From positions 203,263 to 267,262 of the forward strand of contig JAZLAT010000005.1 of assembly GCA_045613345.1 (NCBI GenBank): a stretch of DNA of 64,000 nucleotides. The letters run 5' to 3'. The notes beneath the pieces were generated by a model. It worked only from the letters and a program-made list of their open reading frames with translations, ran no database searches and was not told the origin of the DNA. Below, in pieces: positions 59,000-64,000 of this stretch. The position numbers were made by a program, and so were the translations under genes. The DNA is from Candidatus Enterousia sp. (lineage in GTDB: Bacteria; Pseudomonadota; Alphaproteobacteria; Rs-D84). Each line of letters starts with the position of its first letter. Positions within the stretch are counted from its first letter, which is position 1.

Positions 59000-60639
59000 C
59001 CGCGCAAGCGACGCAATACAACCATGATTCCTGCCGGTGTTATGCCGGGTATTCTTTGTAAATCCGCAACCGTAGCGGGACGAGTTCGATTTAATTTCTC
59101 ACGCAATTCTAATGTCAAGCCCGGCATATTATCATAGTTAAAATCGGAGGGAATCTTTATCATCTTGTCACGATTATATGATTCAATTTCACGGTGGTTA
59201 CGTGCAATATATCCGGCATAGAATTTGTCGTTTTCAGAGATTTCTATGGATTTTTTATCCATTTTGTTCAAAAAAGCCGGCGATTCGATTAAACCCAAAT
59301 CAACACCAATTTGCCCAAGTCGTGCAATTGCATTATCCGCACGCAGGCTCAAACGATATTCCGCGCGCGATGTGAACATACGATAAGGCTCGTCCACACC
59401 CAATGTTGTTATATCATCAATCATAACACCAATCATTGAATTCGTTCGGTTCAGTTCAAGATATTTCGCATCCAACGCAAATGCCGCGGCATTTGCCCCC
59501 GCAACCAAACCTTGGGATGCGGCTTCTTCATATCCCGATGTGCCGTTGATTTGTCCTGCAAAGAACAATCCCGGTGCATTTCGTGACATAAGGTGTGAAT
59601 CCAATGCCCGTGCATCAATCGCATCATATTCGATTGCATATCCGTATCGTGCGATTCGCGCATTTTGCAGACCCGGAATCGTTCGAATCCATTGGTCTTG
59701 GACGGTGCGACCAAAACTTGTTGAAATACCGTTTGGATAAATTAAATCGCTGTGTAATCCTTCGGGTTCCAAGAATACATGGTGCGAAGTGTGTTCTGGA
59801 AAACGCATAACTTTATCTTCCAAAGACGGACAATACCTCGGTCCTGTACCAACTATGTCACCGTTATACATTGGCGCATCACCGATATTTTTACGAATTA
59901 TTTCGTGTGTTCGTTCGGTGGTGTGTGTGATATAACAAACTGCAACATTATTATCCACCGCGCAACCGTCGGAAAACCAATCGTGCGGATTATCAGGATG
60001 TTGTTCTTCACACACCGAAAAATCAATGCTGTCACGATATATGCGTGCCGGTGTTCCAGTTTTAAGTCGCATTATATCAAAACCAAAATCGTGCAACCTT
60101 TGGGAAATTGCTGTGTCTGGCGATTGGTATTCGCCACTGTCCATAATTCGGCCGGACGGAATTTTTTCCGCGCCCATGGTCACAAGACCTTGCAAGAAGG
60201 TACCTGTGGTAAAAACCAATGCTTTTCCGATGTATGCACCATTTATGACTTTTTTATCTAAATCAATTGAGTGAACCGTTTCGAATGTGATGGTTAAATT
60301 ATCATATTCACGCAAAATTTGCGATACTGCATTATGATACAATTCACGATCAATTTGTGCGCGCAGCGCGCGTGTCGCCGGCCCATGCGATGCATTCAGT
60401 GTGCGAAAGTGAATACCCGCCATATCCGCCGCGCGTGGCATAACACCCGCAAATGCGTCCATTTCTGCGACCATTTGCGATTTGCCGGGACCACCGATTG
60501 ACGGATTGCAAGACATCGCACCCAAATCAGATTCACGCATTGTTATCAACAATGTCCGCGCACCACGGCGCGCAGATGCCGCCGCGGCTTCGACCCCGGC
60601 ATGCCCCCCACCAATAACAATGACATCAAAACTGTGCAT
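58996..60639 (-). CDS. mnmG: tRNA uridine-5-carboxymethylaminomethyl modification enzyme MnmG (GidA)
   Basis: FDVIVIGGGHAGVEAAAASARRGARTLLIT...GAMSCNPSIGGPGKSQMVAEMDAFAGVM...FRTLNASHGPATRALRAQIDR. At 547 aa it is shorter than typical. Confidence 0.8.
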   Translation of the reverse strand: MHSFDVIVIGGGHAGVEAAAASARRGARTLLITMRESDLGAMSCNPSIGGPGKSQMVAEMDAFAGVMPRAADMAGIHFRTLNASHGPATRALRAQIDRELYHNAVSQILREYDNLTITFETVHSIDLDKKVINGAYIGKALVFTTGTFLQGLVTMGAEKIPSGRIMDSGEYQSPDTAISQRLHDFGFDIMRLKTGTPARIYRDSIDFSVCEEQHPDNPHDWFSDGCAVDNNVAVCYITHTTERTHEIIRKNIGDAPMYNGDIVGTGPRYCPSLEDKVMRFPEHTSHHVFLEPEGLHSDLIYPNGISTSFGRTVQDQWIRTIPGLQNARIARYGYAIEYDAIDARALDSHLMSRNAPGLFFAGQINGTSGYEEAASQGLVAGANAAAFALDAKYLELNRTNSMIGVMIDDITTLGVDEPYRMFTSRAEYRLSLRADNAIARLGQIGVDLGLIESPAFLNKMDKKSIEISENDKFYAGYIARNHREIESYNRDKMIKIPSDFNYDNMPGLTLELREKLNRTRPATVADLQRIPGITPAGIMVVLRRLRG

Positions 60640-61367
60640 TAAAACCGACCCAACCCGCCGTTGATATGTAATGTTTGACCGTTGATATAAGATGCTTCAT
60701 CGGATGCCAAAAACACACATGCGTTTGCGATATCAACCGGTTCACCAAAACGGGCCGCCGGAATTTGCGCCAGATATGCTTTTTTCAATTCTTCGGGCAA
60801 AACATCGGTCATTGGTGTTTTGATAAATCCTGGGGCAATCGCATTTGCGGTGATACCACGCGACGCGACTTCGGCGGCGATAGACTTTGTCATTGCGATC
60901 ATACCACCCTTGGATGCTGCATAGTTCGCCTGACCCGCGCCCCCAATGGTTCCGATAATCGACGCCATATTTATAATGCGACCAAAACGTTGCTTCATCA
61001 TCGGCATAATCGCCGCACGGCACATCTTGAAACAAGAACGTAAGTTCGTGTTTATCACATTATCAAATTGTTCATCGGTCATACGCATCAATAATGTATC
61101 CGCCGTAATTCCTGCGTTATTCACCAAGACATCAATGCGGCCGCATTTTTCAAGTGTTGCCGCGACCAAATCATTTGCACCATTTTCCGCCGCCAAATCT
61201 GCCGGAATTTTGGTATACGCATCGTCGAAATCTGCGTTTAATTTTTCCATGCTGCGTCCCGATACAACGACGGTTGCACCCGCATCGCGCATTTTCCGTG
61301 CAATTGCACCACCAATGCCGCCCGTCGCGCCAGTAATTAAAACAACTTTATTTGTTAAATTGAACAT
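60639..61367 (-). CDS. fabG: 3-oxoacyl-[acyl-carrier-protein] reductase FabG
   Basis: VVLITGATGGIGGAIARKM...NAGITAD...NMASIIGTIGGAGQANYAASKGGMIAMTKS (SDR catalytic YxxxK). The stop overlaps the mnmG start (TAATG). Confidence 0.85.
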   Translation of the reverse strand: MFNLTNKVVLITGATGGIGGAIARKMRDAGATVVVSGRSMEKLNADFDDAYTKIPADLAAENGANDLVAATLEKCGRIDVLVNNAGITADTLLMRMTDEQFDNVINTNLRSCFKMCRAAIMPMMKQRFGRIINMASIIGTIGGAGQANYAASKGGMIAMTKSIAAEVASRGITANAIAPGFIKTPMTDVLPEELKKAYLAQIPAARFGEPVDIANACVFLASDEASYINGQTLHINGGLGRF

Positions 61368-61379
61368 TGTTTTCTCCTT

Positions 61380-61715
61380 TTAAGATTTTACACATGCACC
61401 ACGTGTGTATGTGCGACTTTTTACCATTATTTCAAATTGTCGTCTATATTCATCTGTTATGTTCTGAATTGTTGCATTGTCCGAACTTGTGGGGTATGGA
61501 ATATCGATTTCCACATTGTTGAACACCATTTTTACGGGCATTTTGTATTGGTTTGATATATCTATGGATGCATGAACGGCACCATTTACAGAAGTGCCTT
61601 CTATGGGTGTGAACCGAATGTCATATTTGTTTTGCACATACGAACCAATGCATACATTGTCATCGTTATAGTATGCATGTGGTTTAATTCGTGCAAGAAA
61701 ACTGCGAAATATCAT
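61380..61715 (-). CDS. Hypothetical protein inserted between fabD and fabG
   Basis: 111-aa ORF with no recognised motif. It is tightly packed between fabD and fabG. Confidence 0.35.
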   Translation of the reverse strand: MIFRSFLARIKPHAYYNDDNVCIGSYVQNKYDIRFTPIEGTSVNGAVHASIDISNQYKMPVKMVFNNVEIDIPYPTSSDNATIQNITDEYRRQFEIMVKSRTYTRGACVKS

Positions 61716-61716
61716 T

Positions 61717-62598
61717 TTAGACCTCCAGTTTTTTGCCGTCCATTTCCGGACAAATCCGCTTGGTCAGCCCCGTCAAAACCGCGCCCGGACCGACTTCGAT
61801 TGTTTCGTTTATGCCCATGTCGTGCATAGCCAAGACGCTTTCGCGCCAACGAACACCGTGGGTAATTTGATACACCAAAGCGTCGCGAATTTTGTCTGGG
61901 TTGGTCAGTGGAGTGCAAGTCTTATTTGAAATCAAAGCCGCCGCCGGTGTTTTTATTTCTGTGTTCGCCAACGCGGCGCGCATTTCATTTGCCGCCGGTT
62001 CTTGGATTCGACAATGCACCGGCACAGACAACGCAAGTGGCATTGCACGCTTTGCCCCAGCGTTTCTGGCATCTTCCAATGTTTTTTCGACGATTTCGCG
62101 TGCCCCAGAAATCACAACTTGGCCTGGGGAATTATCGTTTGCGACATCGCAATCATTCTTTGCACATATGTCACGCACAACATCAATATCCAAACCCAAT
62201 ATCACGGCGGTCAGACCATGACCAACCGGAACCGCGCGTTGCATCGCGTCCCCACGCAGGCGCAAAAGACGTGCTGTATCCGCCAACGATAACGCGCCCG
62301 CGGCACACAGTGCGGTATATTCGCCCAACGAATGCCCCGCCACATATTCGGTCAACGGCACACCCGACGCACGCAACATCGCGATAGATGTCGCCATAAT
62401 CGCAGGTTGGACATTGGTGGTCAATGTTAAATCTTCCATCGGACCATTAAAAATTATATCCGATAATTTCTGACCCAGCGCATCGTCAACCTCGTCAAAG
62501 ACGGCGCGCGCCGCGGCATTGTTTTCGTAAAGTTCGCGTCCCATACCAACGGTTTGTGAACCTTGACCCGGAAAAACCAATACAGACGACATAATCAC
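61717..62598 (-). CDS. fabD: Malonyl CoA-acyl carrier protein transacylase FabD
   Basis: VLVFPGQGSQTVGMGREL...GHSLGEYTALCAAG. Confidence 0.85.
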   Translation of the reverse strand: MIMSSVLVFPGQGSQTVGMGRELYENNAAARAVFDEVDDALGQKLSDIIFNGPMEDLTLTTNVQPAIMATSIAMLRASGVPLTEYVAGHSLGEYTALCAAGALSLADTARLLRLRGDAMQRAVPVGHGLTAVILGLDIDVVRDICAKNDCDVANDNSPGQVVISGAREIVEKTLEDARNAGAKRAMPLALSVPVHCRIQEPAANEMRAALANTEIKTPAAALISNKTCTPLTNPDKIRDALVYQITHGVRWRESVLAMHDMGINETIEVGPGAVLTGLTKRICPEMDGKKLEV

Positions 62599-62681
62599 CC
62601 CTTTTTCTTTGATTATAGCAAGTAATATTCACTATGCAAATATAAATAAATATGGTAAAATTACAACCAAGGAGAATAAAT

Positions 62682-62963
62682 ATGAAAGATGAAATTTTGG
62701 AATTGATTAATAAATATGGTGCCGAAATAATGGAACACACCCCAAGCCGCCGGCGGTATCGCGTTGGCAAATATATGATTATAAAAAATCTTAAACCCAC
62801 CGAAACATTTTCCATAACCGATGAAAACGGCGAAGTTGATATGCCGGTTGAGGAAAAACAAGAAATATTTGATTATGCTCGCAAACATCCGTGTGCCAAG
62901 GTTGGTAATACTTTGGACGCGGCAATGGCATATTTGCGGAATAACCCTTATCTAAGGAAATAA
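62682..62963 (+). CDS. Hypothetical protein
   Basis: About 93 aa from MKDEILELINKYGAEIMEH. No motif was recognised. A terminator follows. Confidence 0.35.
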   Translation: MKDEILELINKYGAEIMEHTPSRRRYRVGKYMIIKNLKPTETFSITDENGEVDMPVEEKQEIFDYARKHPCAKVGNTLDAAMAYLRNNPYLRK

Positions 62964-62990
62964 AAAAAACCGCCGATTGGCGGTTTTTTT
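62962..62990. terminator. Bidirectional terminator (A-run, CCGCCGATTGGCGG, T-run)
   Basis: Read directly between the hypothetical gene and infB. Confidence 0.6.
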
Positions 62991-63009
62991 AATTATATTG
63001 TTTTTTTTA

Positions 63010-64000
63010 TTATAACTGTGCTTTGATTTCTTGAACTTCATAACATTCGACGCGGTCACCTTCTTTAAGGTCGTTGTATTTATCAAAGCTCATACCAAAT
63101 TCAACACCGCCAGAAACTTCACGCACTTCGTTCTTTTCACGACGCAGTTCACCAACCTTGCCATCGTAAATAACGACATTATCGCGCAGCAAGCGAACGA
63201 AAGCATCTTTTTTAATTACACCTTCACTCATACGGCAACCCGCAACCCGCGTGCCTTTGCCCACCGTGAACAGTGCAATAACATCGGCGTAACCAATAAA
63301 GTTTTCCTTGCGTTCAGGTGCCAATTTACCCGACAGAATTTCTTTGATTTCATCGGTAATGCGATATACGACACTGTGATAACGAATATCGACATGCGCA
63401 CTGCGTGCCATATCGCGAACCGCAGAATCTGCACGGACGTTAAATGCAATAACTACCGCACCTGACGCCGTGGCTAAACGAATATCACCTTCGGTAATCT
63501 GACCAACACCCGCCGACAGTATTTCCACTGATGCTTTATCGGTTTTGATATTGTTCAACATATCGGTAATTGCTTCGACACTGCCTTGAACATCGGCGCG
63601 TAAAATAATCGGCAAAGTCAATTTGCTGTCGGATGTTGTTTGTTTTGCAAACAGTTCTTCCAATGACGAACGTTTAACCGCATTTGCCTTGTCGCGGGCG
63701 CGTTGTGTCCGCCACGCGGCGACTTCGCGGGTTTGTGCGTCGGTTTCCATAACATTTAATTGGTCACCCGCCAAAGGCACAGAATCTAACCCCAACACCA
63801 TAACTGGTTGTGCAGGTTTCACTGACTTTACGCGTTCGCCGTTTGACATGACCAGCCCACGAACACGACCAAAAGTTTCGCCAACAACGAACACGTCGCC
63901 AACTTTCAAAGTTCCTTGGCGAATGATGACGGTTGCAACCGCACCAAGACCGCGTTCCATTTTTGCTTCGACCACGGTGGCGACCGCCGGCATATCGGGG
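63010..64000 (-). CDS. infB: Translation initiation factor IF-2, C-terminal part; the gene continues past the window end
   Basis: C-terminal domains ...VVIAFNVRADSAVRDMARSAHVDIRYHSVVYRITDEIK...GDRVECYEVQEIKAQL match IF-2 domains II to C2. Confidence 0.85.
   Translation of the reverse strand, partial: PDMPAVATVVEAKMERGLGAVATVIIRQGTLKVGDVFVVGETFGRVRGLVMSNGERVKSVKPAQPVMVLGLDSVPLAGDQLNVMETDAQTREVAAWRTQRARDKANAVKRSSLEELFAKQTTSDSKLTLPIILRADVQGSVEAITDMLNNIKTDKASVEILSAGVGQITEGDIRLATASGAVVIAFNVRADSAVRDMARSAHVDIRYHSVVYRITDEIKEILSGKLAPERKENFIGYADVIALFTVGKGTRVAGCRMSEGVIKKDAFVRLLRDNVVIYDGKVGELRREKNEVREVSGGVEFGMSFDKYNDLKEGDRVECYEVQEIKAQL

Overview
The window looks like a 64-kb stretch of an alphaproteobacterial chromosome (Rickettsiales- or Holosporales-like). 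The lineage call rests on a type-2 (eukaryote-like) IleS, on an SspB of the alphaproteobacterial type, on a DUF4167 protein and on the absence of any rRNA, CRISPR array, IS element or integrase. Most of the window is housekeeping: mrdA-mreD-mreC, rpmI-rplT-pheS-pheT, der, ileS-nth, skp, sspB, recF, a TolC/MFP/ABC efflux set, rsmG-parA-parB, pal, infC (ATT start), xseB, mutS-truB-rpsO, mreB, rnpA-yidD, accB-accC, ybaB, pnp, rluD, mnmG and fabD-fabG, plus a partial infB. There are four tRNAs: Tyr and Gly on the minus strand, Thr on the plus strand, and Cys on the minus strand. Synteny is broken in several places. mreB is about 43 kb from mreCD, pnp is inverted and about 9 kb from rpsO, and mnmG is about 27 kb from rsmG-parAB. 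Accessory content is as follows. (1) An AT-rich island of about 4.3 kb without an integrase lies beside tRNA-Tyr. Its modular flanking repeats carry copies of the tRNA-Tyr 3' end and a conserved hairpin promoter module. Its cargo is an S41 peptidase, an HExxH protein, a MliC-like lipoprotein and a small unknown protein. (2) A translationally coupled operon encodes three large TadE/pseudopilin-like proteins, a zinc-ribbon DUF3426 protein and a secreted protein, and runs directly into rluD. (3) A 1036-aa cysteine-rich secreted protein sits at the rpsO-pnp break. (4) A YadA-type trimeric autotransporter is present. (5) Two paralogous secreted proteins share a conserved palindromic leader. (6) A dispersed AGTG/GTTAGTG repeat is associated with terminators. 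I could not run any homology search; every call comes from reading the six-frame translations and the nucleotide sequence.
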